Shown here: in pieces, positions 30,794 to 39,999 of the stretch | Numbering within the stretch: position 1 is the first letter of the stretch | Layout of the letters: each line of letters starts with the position of its first letter | Program-made: the position numbers and the translations under genes | Notes under the pieces: generated by a model | The model's database searches: none | What the model was told of the DNA's origin: nothing | What the model saw: the letters and a program-made list of their open reading frames with translations, nothing else | Source: a bacterium | GTDB lineage: Bacteria > UBA9089 > JAHJRX01 | NCBI GenBank assembly: GCA_018830565.1 | Contig: JAHJRX010000045.1 | Coordinates: forward strand, 10,626-74,625 | DNA: 64,000 nucleotides | Direction: 5' to 3'

Positions 30794-31648
30794 ATGAAGA
30801 TTGGGGCTATTATTCAAGCAAGAACTTCTTCAAGCAGGCTACCAAGAAAAGTTTTAAAAGAATTGCCGTATGGAAGTGGAATAACCGTTTTACAGCAGGT
30901 TATTAGGAGACTTAATAAATCAAAAAAAGTAAATGAAATTATTGTGGCTACCACCACCGACCCAGAAGACAAAAAAATTGTAAAAATAGCCGAATCTGAA
31001 AATGTAAAATGGTTTAGAGGCAGTAAAGAAGATGTTTTAGGTAGATATTACTCAGCAGCAAATGAAAATAATTTAGATCTTGTTATAAGAGTAACAAGTG
31101 ATTGCCCATGTATCGACTCTGAATTAGTTGATTTAGCGATAAAAGAACATTTAAAGACTGAATCGGATTATACATCAAATGACTCAAGAACCTTCCCTCG
31201 TGGCTTAGGTACCGAGGTGATAAACTTCAAGACTTTAGAAAAGGCTTTTAAAGATACCCAACATGACTATGAAAGAGAACATGTTACCCCATATATTTAC
31301 AAAACAAGACCTGACTTGTTCAAAATAACTTTAGTCAAAACGCCAGAAAAACTAAATTGTCCCGAGATTAGAATTACTCTTGATACGGAAGAAGATTATG
31401 TCTTGCTCTGTATAATTTTTGATTACCTTTATTATGAAAATATGTTTTTCAAAGCCAGGGATATAATCCAAATTTTCCAGAGGAAACCTTGGTTAGAACT
31501 CATCAATAAAAAAATTGCGCAAAAGAAAATATATGATACCTTGAATGAAGAAATGAAAGAGGTCATAAGAATATGTGAACTGCAAGATTTAAAAAGAGCC
31601 AAGGAGTTTCTGGAATCTCAAAATATTGCAAAATTCACGAAAGTCTAG
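30794..31648 (+). CDS. pseF: nonulosonic-acid cytidylyltransferase (PseF/NeuA family)
   Basis: N-terminal IGAIIQARTSSSRLPRKVLKEL CMP-sugar synthetase motif; position in the pse cluster. Confidence 0.7.
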   Translation: MKIGAIIQARTSSSRLPRKVLKELPYGSGITVLQQVIRRLNKSKKVNEIIVATTTDPEDKKIVKIAESENVKWFRGSKEDVLGRYYSAANENNLDLVIRVTSDCPCIDSELVDLAIKEHLKTESDYTSNDSRTFPRGLGTEVINFKTLEKAFKDTQHDYEREHVTPYIYKTRPDLFKITLVKTPEKLNCPEIRITLDTEEDYVLLCIIFDYLYYENMFFKARDIIQIFQRKPWLELINKKIAQKKIYDTLNEEMKEVIRICELQDLKRAKEFLESQNIAKFTKV

Positions 31649-31659
31649 CTAGAATAAAG

Positions 31660-32697
31660 ATGAATAAAATAATCTTTCGAACTGATGGAGGGGGGAATGT
31701 TGGGTTAGGACATCTTAGTCGGTGCCTAAGCCTAGCTGAAAGCTTAAAGGAAAAAGGTATCAAGTGTGTATTTGCCACCAAGGATATTGATTCAAAGATA
31801 GGAGGAATGATTGTTAGTAATGGTCACTTAATAGAAAAATTACCCTCAGAAATAAGCTTAGAAGAAGATTTAAACTTAACTATTAATTTGATTAAAAACA
31901 TCCGCCCTGATTTGGTAATTACTGATTCTTATGAGATTGATCAGTCTTATCTTGAACAATTAAAAAAATTAAATATTATTTTGATGAGTATCGATGATTT
32001 GGCAAAGTTGCATTTCTGTTCTGATATAGTGCTTAATCAAAACATTGGTGCCCAAAATAGTGATTATTCGATAGAAAAATATACCAAGCTATTGTTAGGA
32101 CCAGAATATGCCCTTTTAAGGAAGAAGGCTAGGGATAAACAGGGACTTAAGGAGATAAAAGAAATAGCTAAGAATATCTTGATCACCCTTGGTGGAACCG
32201 ATCCAGATAATCAAACCCTAAAAATAGTTAAGGCACTTAAGGATATCAAGAATAATATTGTGGTTACTGTGATTATGGGGCCTCATTATCAATACGAAGA
32301 ACTTCTTAGAAAAGAGATTGGAGTAAGTAACCAATTTTTCCTTGTGAGTGACCCTCAAGATATCTTTGACTTAATGGAAAAGGCAGATATGGCCGTCAGT
32401 GCCGGTGGGAGTACCTGCTATGAATTGGCCTATCTTGGGGTACCGAATATCATTATGGTCATGGCAGATAACCAGAAAAAGATTGCCGAGGAATTAGATA
32501 GCTACGGCACCTCTATAAACTTGAATTGGTTTGAAGATGTTACTGAAGAATATATCAAAAAGGCAGGAGAAAATTTGATTAAAGATAGAAATAAACGAGA
32601 AAAGATGAGCACGAAAGGCAGAGAGTTAGTTGATGGAAGAGGCGTAGAGAGGGTAGTAGAGGAGATTACAAAGCAAATCAATAGAGTTAGTTATTAA
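31660..32697 (+). CDS. pseG: UDP-2,4-diacetamido-2,4,6-trideoxy-beta-L-altropyranose hydrolase (PseG, GT28/MurG-like fold)
   Basis: N-terminal FRTDGGGNVGLGHLSRCLSLAESL matches the PseG signature. Confidence 0.75.
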   Translation: MNKIIFRTDGGGNVGLGHLSRCLSLAESLKEKGIKCVFATKDIDSKIGGMIVSNGHLIEKLPSEISLEEDLNLTINLIKNIRPDLVITDSYEIDQSYLEQLKKLNIILMSIDDLAKLHFCSDIVLNQNIGAQNSDYSIEKYTKLLLGPEYALLRKKARDKQGLKEIKEIAKNILITLGGTDPDNQTLKIVKALKDIKNNIVVTVIMGPHYQYEELLRKEIGVSNQFFLVSDPQDIFDLMEKADMAVSAGGSTCYELAYLGVPNIIMVMADNQKKIAEELDSYGTSINLNWFEDVTEEYIKKAGENLIKDRNKREKMSTKGRELVDGRGVERVVEEITKQINRVSY

Positions 32698-32703
32698 CGA
32701 AAA

Positions 32704-32798
32704 CCGGACATAGGAAATAATACCGAATAACAAAAGATAAACTTGTTTGGAGTTAAATTAATTTGCTCTAGGTCAAATTTTCATTAATAAGTGCTATA
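32704..32798 (+). repeat. intergenic repeat element, copy C (between pseG and pseI)
   Basis: About 90% identical to copies A and B; hairpin stem retained, loop base changed. Confidence 0.8.
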
Positions 32799-32819
32799 GA
32801 GAGTCAATAGAGAAGAGCG

Positions 32820-33872
32820 ATGAAGAAGGTAAAGATAGGTAATAAATTGGTTGGCGAAGGAGAACCCTGCTTTATCATTGCCGAGGCAGGAAGTAATCAC
32901 AATCGGGATTTCAAGCAGGCATTAAAGCTGATTGATATTGCGGCTGAGGCAGGAGCAAGTGCTGTTAAGTTTCAAACTTATTCTGCTGAAAAAATTTACT
33001 CTAAAAAAACCCCAAAGATGAGCTACTTAAAGAAAGAGAGATTAGCTAAAGAAGAAGAGTCTGTCTGGGATTTGATCAAACGAATTGAGATACCAAGAGA
33101 GTGGCATAAGGACTTGGCTGACTATTGCGCTGAAAAGGGAGTTATTTTCCTATCGACACCTTTCGATCTTCAGGCTGTAGACGAACTTGAAGAAGTAGGA
33201 ATGTTGGCTCATAAGATTGCCTCTTTTGAGATCACTCATCTGCCTCTCTTGGAGCATGTGGCCAAAACTAGCAAGCCGATTATTCTTTCAACTGGTATGG
33301 CTGACCTTTCAGATATTGAAACAGCTTTAGAAGTTATTTATAAACAAGGTAATGAAAATGTTATTTTACTCCATTGCGCCATAAGCTATCCTCCTAAGTA
33401 TGAAGATTTGAACTTACGGGCAATGGAGACAATGAGGCAGGCATTTCAACTGCCAGTGGGATTTTCTGACCATACCTTAGGAATTGTATCTGATATTGCG
33501 GCTGTAGCATTAGGTGCCTGTGCGATAGAGAAACATTTTACCTTAGATAGAAAACTACCAGGACCTGATCATTTCTTTGCCCTGGAGCCAGATGAACTAA
33601 AGGTAATGGTTCAGGCCATAAGAGATACTGAAAAGGCATTGGGTTCTCCAATCAAAAGGTGCACTCAAGCAGAAAAGGAGCTGTATCGTTTAGGGAGAAG
33701 GAGTTTAGTGGCAGCCTGTAATATTCCTAAGAAAACAGTGATTACCCGAGAAATGATCGAGGTCAAGAGACCAGGTTATGGTATTCCTACAAAGATGCTT
33801 AATTTAGTTATTGGCAGATCAGCTAGAGTTGACATCGAAGAAGATGATATCCTGTTCTGGGAGATGATATAA
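32820..33872 (+). CDS. pseI: pseudaminic acid synthase (NeuB family)
   Basis: FIIAEAGSNHNRDF...AVKFQTY NeuB/PseI core; C-terminal SAF domain. Confidence 0.8.
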   Translation: MKKVKIGNKLVGEGEPCFIIAEAGSNHNRDFKQALKLIDIAAEAGASAVKFQTYSAEKIYSKKTPKMSYLKKERLAKEEESVWDLIKRIEIPREWHKDLADYCAEKGVIFLSTPFDLQAVDELEEVGMLAHKIASFEITHLPLLEHVAKTSKPIILSTGMADLSDIETALEVIYKQGNENVILLHCAISYPPKYEDLNLRAMETMRQAFQLPVGFSDHTLGIVSDIAAVALGACAIEKHFTLDRKLPGPDHFFALEPDELKVMVQAIRDTEKALGSPIKRCTQAEKELYRLGRRSLVAACNIPKKTVITREMIEVKRPGYGIPTKMLNLVIGRSARVDIEEDDILFWEMI

Positions 33873-33873
33873 A

Positions 33874-34215
33874 GTGGATTTAATTCTGAGAGAGGCAAAA
33901 TTAGAAGACTGTGATGACCTCTACCACTGGAAAAATGATCCGGTGAGCAGGGAACAATCCTTTAATAGGGAAGAAGTTTCGTATGAAGAACACTGTGGTT
34001 GGCTTAAGGAAGCCCTAAAGGATTCCAATAGGCTATTTTATATTGGGATTGATGATAAAAATGAGAAATGCGGAGTGGCCCGGTTTGATATTAAAGATGA
34101 GTTTTTTGCTGAAGTTCATATAAATATTGCTCCAGAAAAGAGGAGAAAAGGGATTGGCAGTCAATTAATTTCAAAATCTTGTCCTTTTAACCCCAGACGG
34201 AGGAAGGCAAGATGA
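33874..34215 (+). CDS. pseH: PseH-like GNAT N-acetyltransferase, unusually short (113 aa; C-terminal part of the GNAT fold missing)
   Basis: WKNDP...EEH...RLFYIGI...RRKGIGSQLI follows the PseH pattern but the ORF stops about 40 aa early; its stop overlaps the next start (ATGA). Confidence 0.5.
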   Translation: MDLILREAKLEDCDDLYHWKNDPVSREQSFNREEVSYEEHCGWLKEALKDSNRLFYIGIDDKNEKCGVARFDIKDEFFAEVHINIAPEKRRKGIGSQLISKSCPFNPRRRKAR

Positions 34216-34970
34216 AAATCCTCTATCTGGGCAACAATCGAATAGGGCTGAATGTTCTAAAGTGGCTGAAGACAAGGGAGGAAAATATAGTTGGACTGGT
34301 AATTCATCCTCCAGAAAAGGCAAAGTTTGCCAAAGAGATGCAAAAGATTTCAGGACTGATGAAAGAAATGATATTTCTAGGAAATGGGATTAGTCAATCT
34401 GACTGTCTTAATAAGATTAAGAGTTTAAGCCCGGATATAGGCATAAGTGTTAATTTTGGGTATACAATAAAGAAAGAGTTTCTGGATATCTTTCCTCAGG
34501 GTTGCATAAACCTTCATACATCCTATTTGCCTTACAACCGAGGAGCTCATCCTAATATCTGGAGTATAATTGAAGAAACTCCAGCCGGTGTGACTTTGCA
34601 TTATATTGATGAAGGAATAGATACCGGTGACATAATTGCCCAAAAGGAGATTAAGGTTGAATTTAATGATACTGGCGAGACTCTTTACCATAAATTGGAA
34701 GATGCCTCTTTAAAACTGTTTCAGGGAACATGGGAGGATATAAAGAATAGCACTAATAGAAGAATAAAGCCGGTTGGTAAGGGAACCTATCATCGGACAA
34801 AGGATATAGAAAAAATTGATTGTATAGATTTGAACAGTAGCTACAAAGCTAAAGACTTATTAAATATCTTGAGGGCAAGAACCTTTTCGCCCTATAAAGG
34901 TGCTTATTGCGAAGCTGAAGGGAAGAAGATCTATTTGCAATTAGAATTGGGGAAGGAAAAGGAAGAATAA
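34212..34970 (+). CDS. Fmt-like formyltransferase (sugar N-formyltransferase candidate)
   Basis: Formyl_trans_N motif HTSYLPYNRGAHPNIW...TGVTLHYIDEGIDTGDIIAQ. Confidence 0.7.
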   Translation: MKILYLGNNRIGLNVLKWLKTREENIVGLVIHPPEKAKFAKEMQKISGLMKEMIFLGNGISQSDCLNKIKSLSPDIGISVNFGYTIKKEFLDIFPQGCINLHTSYLPYNRGAHPNIWSIIEETPAGVTLHYIDEGIDTGDIIAQKEIKVEFNDTGETLYHKLEDASLKLFQGTWEDIKNSTNRRIKPVGKGTYHRTKDIEKIDCIDLNSSYKAKDLLNILRARTFSPYKGAYCEAEGKKIYLQLELGKEKEE

Positions 34971-35177
34971 TGGAAAAGGAAGTTGAATTTGGGAGAAACA
35001 TTCAAGGCTCTTGATTCTTAACAAACGTTCAGGTATCAGTTTTCAGATAGCAGTTTTATTAGGGATAAGTCCGTTAAGGCAAGAGAAAGGAGTGCTTGGC
35101 ACACCACTGCCTGATTTGTTAGCCTTAGCTGACGGCTACGTTTATGATTTTTAAGATACATATTCAAATTATTTACC

Positions 35178-36935
35178 TTGAGAGTTAGGTCATTGTTATT
35201 TCAAAAAAATGTACAAATATTAAAAAAAATTGAACCTTATTTAGTGGCAAAACTAAAAAAAGTAAAACCAAATAAAGAAGGGCCACTTCCCTATCTTAGC
35301 CAAAAACTTGATTTAGTCATAGATGATGATCTTAAATTTCATGATGTCATTGTCATCTTAGGATTTGGCTTAGGTGACCATATTAGAAAAGTAATTAGCT
35401 CCAGTTCTAAATCAAGCTTAATATTAATTATAGACCATGATCTTAGTACCTTTAAAGCTTTATTAGAAAGCATTGATCTATCGGATATTTTTTCTCACCA
35501 ACAAGTTAGCCTTAGTTTTGATGAAGACTTATTATTAGCTACCCGAGGTAGAATAGAACAATACTTTGGCGAGGTGATGTTAGCCGAAACTTTTAAGATT
35601 ATTAAAAATCCCATTTCTATGAATCTTGCTCCTGACTTTTATGAAAAAGTCTTAAATCAACTTAATGAAATTCAATATATTGCTTACTTAAACTTAGGAT
35701 CAATTTTACGCTCCAACTACATTTCAGAAATAAATACAATTAAGAATCTTCCAGCAATTGTATGCCACCCTGGAGTTGGCGAACTTAGCAATAAATTCAG
35801 GAATGTTCCAGCCATTATCGTTTCTTCTGGCCCCTCCTTAAGTAAAAACGTTTCTTTTATAAGACATGCTAAAAATAAAGCTATAATAATATGCGTAGAC
35901 ACAGCTTTAAAAGTATTACAGAGACACCAGATTGAACCAGATTTTGTAACAAGCATAGAGTTTAATCTTAAAAATTACTTATGTTTCAAAAAAATAAAAC
36001 TAAGAAATACTTACTTAATAGCCAGTGAAGAAGTTGCCCCCAAGACTATAAACAAATTTAAAGAAAAAGTTTTCTTTATCCATTCTTCTAATCCTATAAC
36101 TAAATGGTTTTCAAAGGTAATTAATCTTAAAGAAAGTATATCTTTAGGGGGTAACGTAGGAGCAACATCTTTTAGTTTGGCTATTAATTTAGGGGCTAAT
36201 CCTATTATCTTTGTTGGCCAAGATTTATCTTATTCTCAGGGAAAATATTATGCTGATGAGATAGGTAGTTCTTTTATTGAAGCAAAAAAAGATGATGCCA
36301 AGAAAAGAAAGACTGTCTGGTTAGAAAGTATCTACGGAGAAAAGGTAGCCAGCGATAGCGGTATGTTGGTTTATTTAAGATGGTTTGAAAGAGAGATTGC
36401 CTGTCATCAAGATCGAATATTTATTAATGCTACTGAAGGTGGAGCCAAGGTAAAAGGAACTGAACCTATGGTTCTTCAAGCTGTAATTGATGCTTATTGC
36501 CAAAATAATTTAAATATAACCGACATCATTAATGAAACCTTTAAAAAACCTAATCAAGATATAGAAAAAGTTATTTTGTCTATCAAGACTTTGGTAGAAG
36601 AGTATCAAACTATTTTAATTTATAGCTCTCAAGGAAAAGAGCTCATAAAAAGACACAAGTCTAATAAAAGTAAAGATAAAAGTAAAGATATTAGTAGAAA
36701 TCACCAAGTGCATCTTAGCTTATCAATGATAGTTAAGGATATCATCTCTCTGCCTAATTTTATGGAAGCTAATAAATTATCAATAGAATCTCTTCTTCAT
36801 AGGTTAAAAAAAGGTAGGAAGAGTGAAGTATTAAATAACTATTTATTATTCTTTAAAGAAATAACTAAATTCTCGCGTCAGTTGTTGATCTCTTTTGAAA
36901 AAATATTACCCAAATTAGAATCTTTAATAAATTAA
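35178..36935 (+). CDS. motility-accessory-factor (Maf, DUF115/MptE-like) glycosyltransferase family protein, paralog 1
   Basis: DVIVILGFGLGDHI Rossmann-like motif, VSSGPSL, FVGQDLSY; N-terminus aligns with paralog 2; the start codon is non-ATG (TTG at 35178 or 35193), so the 5' end is uncertain. Confidence 0.65.
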   Translation: MRVRSLLFQKNVQILKKIEPYLVAKLKKVKPNKEGPLPYLSQKLDLVIDDDLKFHDVIVILGFGLGDHIRKVISSSSKSSLILIIDHDLSTFKALLESIDLSDIFSHQQVSLSFDEDLLLATRGRIEQYFGEVMLAETFKIIKNPISMNLAPDFYEKVLNQLNEIQYIAYLNLGSILRSNYISEINTIKNLPAIVCHPGVGELSNKFRNVPAIIVSSGPSLSKNVSFIRHAKNKAIIICVDTALKVLQRHQIEPDFVTSIEFNLKNYLCFKKIKLRNTYLIASEEVAPKTINKFKEKVFFIHSSNPITKWFSKVINLKESISLGGNVGATSFSLAINLGANPIIFVGQDLSYSQGKYYADEIGSSFIEAKKDDAKKRKTVWLESIYGEKVASDSGMLVYLRWFEREIACHQDRIFINATEGGAKVKGTEPMVLQAVIDAYCQNNLNITDIINETFKKPNQDIEKVILSIKTLVEEYQTILIYSSQGKELIKRHKSNKSKDKSKDISRNHQVHLSLSMIVKDIISLPNFMEANKLSIESLLHRLKKGRKSEVLNNYLLFFKEITKFSRQLLISFEKILPKLESLIN

Positions 36936-37039
36936 ACCACCTTCGACAGCAGCTTTAGTCATTTCTCACTTTGCTCGAAATGACAATTTTAAAAGCACTT
37001 TCAAATTCATAGACAATAAATTAAAAGGTAACATCTTTT

Positions 37040-38821
37040 ATGGATAGACCTATTATCGATAAACCTAATAATTATGCTAAAAATCTTAACCTTTTAAGAG
37101 AAAAAAGATTTGATCTTTTAGAAAAGTTAAAAGATGTCCAACCAAACTATGAATTGGCTCTTTCTTTAGCTTGCGAAGGATCTATTACTTTTGATAAGGA
37201 TCTTTCTCATAGTAATATTGTAGTTGTTTTTGGATTTGGAACAGGAGATCATATTAAAGCTTTATTAAGTCAAGTTCCTAAAAAAACCTTTATCATTATT
37301 GCTGATCCTGATTTAAGTATCTTTAAGGCAGCTCTTTATCTCAAGGATCTTTCTTCTATTTTAGCAGACGAGCGCCTTATATTATCTATTGGAGAAGCTC
37401 CAGAAGTAATTAAGCAAAAAATTAGAGAGCATTTGATAATATTTACTGTCGTAGATCTTGAAACAATTGAAAATGAAAATTTTACAAAGTATAACTTAGA
37501 CTACTTTAAAAAAGTTAAAGAAATATTAAAAGAGATTAGCACTGAAGCTTATGTTAATATTGCTACTTTAGCTCATTTTACCAAGATTTGGCCTCGTAAT
37601 TTTTTAAAAAATATTGTTCATTTTCTTAAAAATCCAGGCATTAATACCCTTTTTAATAAATTTTCTCAAGTTCCAGCGGTCATTGTTTCTACCGGACCTT
37701 CTTTAAATAAAAATGTCAAATTATTAAAAGAAGCCAAAAAGTATTTTATCCTCATTTCTGTCGACACCGCTTTACCTATCTTAATGAAGAACAAGATTGA
37801 ACCACACTTTGTCTATAGCCTTGAGGCAAATCCTAAAAATATTGACTGTTTTAAGGGTTGGTTATTTAAAAATCTTTGTCTTTTACCAAGTTCTTTTACT
37901 TATCCTCCCACCATTAATAATTTCAAAGGACCTATCTTTATAGAGAACGGAGGTTATCCTTTTGCTCAATGGATAGAACACTTTATTGATCCTAAGGGAT
38001 TTTTAAGTAGGCTAGGTTCTGTGGCCACCAATTGTTTTAGTTTGGCTCAAGCTATGGGGTGTAATCCCATTATCTTTACCGGTCAAGATCTTTCTTTTCC
38101 AGATAATGTCTTTTACGCCAAAGGCGCGCCAGAGAGGTTAGCAAAAGAATCAGATCAGCATATTACTAAGACAGAGATTACTTTTGTGGAAGATAATTTT
38201 GGACAGATGATAAAAACAAGTATCAATATGAAGCAATGGAAATTATGGTTTGAAGAAGAAATTAAAGAAACTCCTGATCTTACTTATATTAATGCTACTG
38301 AAGGTGGGGCTAAAATCGAAGGGACAAAATTCTTAAGATTAAGAGAGGTAATAGATCAATATGGCCAAAAGAAGATTAATATCTTTAAGGTGATTAATAA
38401 GATTCAAAAAAACCATAAAGTTCCTTCCCTTAAGAAATTAATTGAGGAGTTTAAAAATATCATTGAAGAATACCAAATCGCTTCTCAATTAAGCATCCAA
38501 GGTAAGAGCATTTGTGAAAATTTTATCAATCAAATTAAAGATAATGAAGGTAATGTCTCTCCAAAAATAACTCAACTATTAAATAGAGCTAAACTTCTTT
38601 ATCAAGAAATAGCTTCTTTAAATAGGTTTATGTTTTTTTCAAATTGGGATCTTCAACGAATGATGTTTGAAATAGAAAAAGACTTTAAAGAAAAGTCACT
38701 TAAAGTTACTGCTCTATCTTATCAGTATTTTTTCCAAGAAATAGATAATATTACTCACTTGATGCTTAGATACTTATACCCAGCAGAAAAAAAGATTAAG
38801 AAGCTTAAACCTGTTAGCTAA
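37040..38821 (+). CDS. Maf (DUF115) glycosyltransferase family protein, paralog 2
   Basis: NIVVVFGFGTGDHI, VSTGPSL, FTGQDLSF; about 30% identical to paralog 1 along its full length. Confidence 0.7.
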   Translation: MDRPIIDKPNNYAKNLNLLREKRFDLLEKLKDVQPNYELALSLACEGSITFDKDLSHSNIVVVFGFGTGDHIKALLSQVPKKTFIIIADPDLSIFKAALYLKDLSSILADERLILSIGEAPEVIKQKIREHLIIFTVVDLETIENENFTKYNLDYFKKVKEILKEISTEAYVNIATLAHFTKIWPRNFLKNIVHFLKNPGINTLFNKFSQVPAVIVSTGPSLNKNVKLLKEAKKYFILISVDTALPILMKNKIEPHFVYSLEANPKNIDCFKGWLFKNLCLLPSSFTYPPTINNFKGPIFIENGGYPFAQWIEHFIDPKGFLSRLGSVATNCFSLAQAMGCNPIIFTGQDLSFPDNVFYAKGAPERLAKESDQHITKTEITFVEDNFGQMIKTSINMKQWKLWFEEEIKETPDLTYINATEGGAKIEGTKFLRLREVIDQYGQKKINIFKVINKIQKNHKVPSLKKLIEEFKNIIEEYQIASQLSIQGKSICENFINQIKDNEGNVSPKITQLLNRAKLLYQEIASLNRFMFFSNWDLQRMMFEIEKDFKEKSLKVTALSYQYFFQEIDNITHLMLRYLYPAEKKIKKLKPVS

Positions 38822-38869
38822 CGATACGTTCGTATTATGGCAAATTTTTAGCCAGGCAGATGGAATTAG

Positions 38870-39988
38870 ATGACTTCCATCCAACACTGGCTCGCGAGAT
38901 ATCGGATAGGAAATTATAGAGAAAAAATGCAAATGGACCAACTAAATAAACTTTCTAAAGGAGAATTATTAACCCTTCTTTCTAAAAAAAAGATTAGTTA
39001 TTACCAATTAAGCTCTTCGGAAAGAGAATCTATTCTGGTAGTACCGGCCTTTGGGGGTCGCCTTTTGGGAGCCTTTTTTGATTCTCAAAACCTTCTCTGG
39101 GTAAATAAGGTCTCTTTCGAGGGCTGGAATAAAGGAGGACACCGTACTTGGTATGCCCCAGAATGGACACAAAAGAGCATCTACATCTTAAATGGCTTAG
39201 AATCTTGGCAAGTGCCTTCTCAAATGGACCCTGGAAACTATCAGGTTACTGAATATTGGCCAGATAGATTAATAGCTATGAAGAATGACTTTAATGTAGA
39301 GACCTATGACCATACTCATTACCATCTCTCTTTTACCCGTAAAATTACTCTTGAGACCCAAGAAGAATACGAAGACTCTTTTCTTATTTTAAAAAACATC
39401 CCCAATTTAAGATATATTTCTCTCTTATTTGAACATTGCCTGACCAATAAAACAATGGTCACCATCTTTGAAAAAATTGGTCTCTGGAGTATTCTGGCGG
39501 TTATTCCACCAGGAGATGTAATTGTTCCCTTAGCAGAGACAACAGGTCAAATCTATTATGATTACTATGAACCTCTATCTATGGAAAGAATGAAGATAAG
39601 CAAGGATTGTCTTTCTGTATTTGTTGATGGTGAGAAAAGATACAAAGTAGGCTTTCCCCCAGACAAGACGAGGGGCAAGATAGGATATGTACCAAGGATA
39701 GAAGAGAAATATTCTTATCTTATCTTAAAATCCTTTCCAAATCTTATTAACGGTAAGTACGTAGATAAACCAAAAGATGACCTACGTTCAAGTGGTGATG
39801 TAATTCAGGTTTATAATCACTTTGAAGGGAAAGAGCTTGCTTTTGCCGAACTCGAAAGCCACGCTCCGGCAAAAGTTCTTCTCCCTGGAGAAGAACAATG
39901 CTCTTCAATTAAGCTGCTCTTTTTATTTGGTCCAAAACAGAGCCTAGATCAAGCGGTGGCTAAATTATTTGGTGAAGTTATAATCTAA
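38870..39988 (+). CDS. hypothetical protein (372 aa), no recognisable family
   Basis: Long ORF with a higher local GC than its neighbours; immediately downstream of the Maf genes. Confidence 0.4.
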   Translation: MTSIQHWLARYRIGNYREKMQMDQLNKLSKGELLTLLSKKKISYYQLSSSERESILVVPAFGGRLLGAFFDSQNLLWVNKVSFEGWNKGGHRTWYAPEWTQKSIYILNGLESWQVPSQMDPGNYQVTEYWPDRLIAMKNDFNVETYDHTHYHLSFTRKITLETQEEYEDSFLILKNIPNLRYISLLFEHCLTNKTMVTIFEKIGLWSILAVIPPGDVIVPLAETTGQIYYDYYEPLSMERMKISKDCLSVFVDGEKRYKVGFPPDKTRGKIGYVPRIEEKYSYLILKSFPNLINGKYVDKPKDDLRSSGDVIQVYNHFEGKELAFAELESHAPAKVLLPGEEQCSSIKLLFLFGPKQSLDQAVAKLFGEVII

Positions 39989-39999
39989 CGAGGCAGAGA

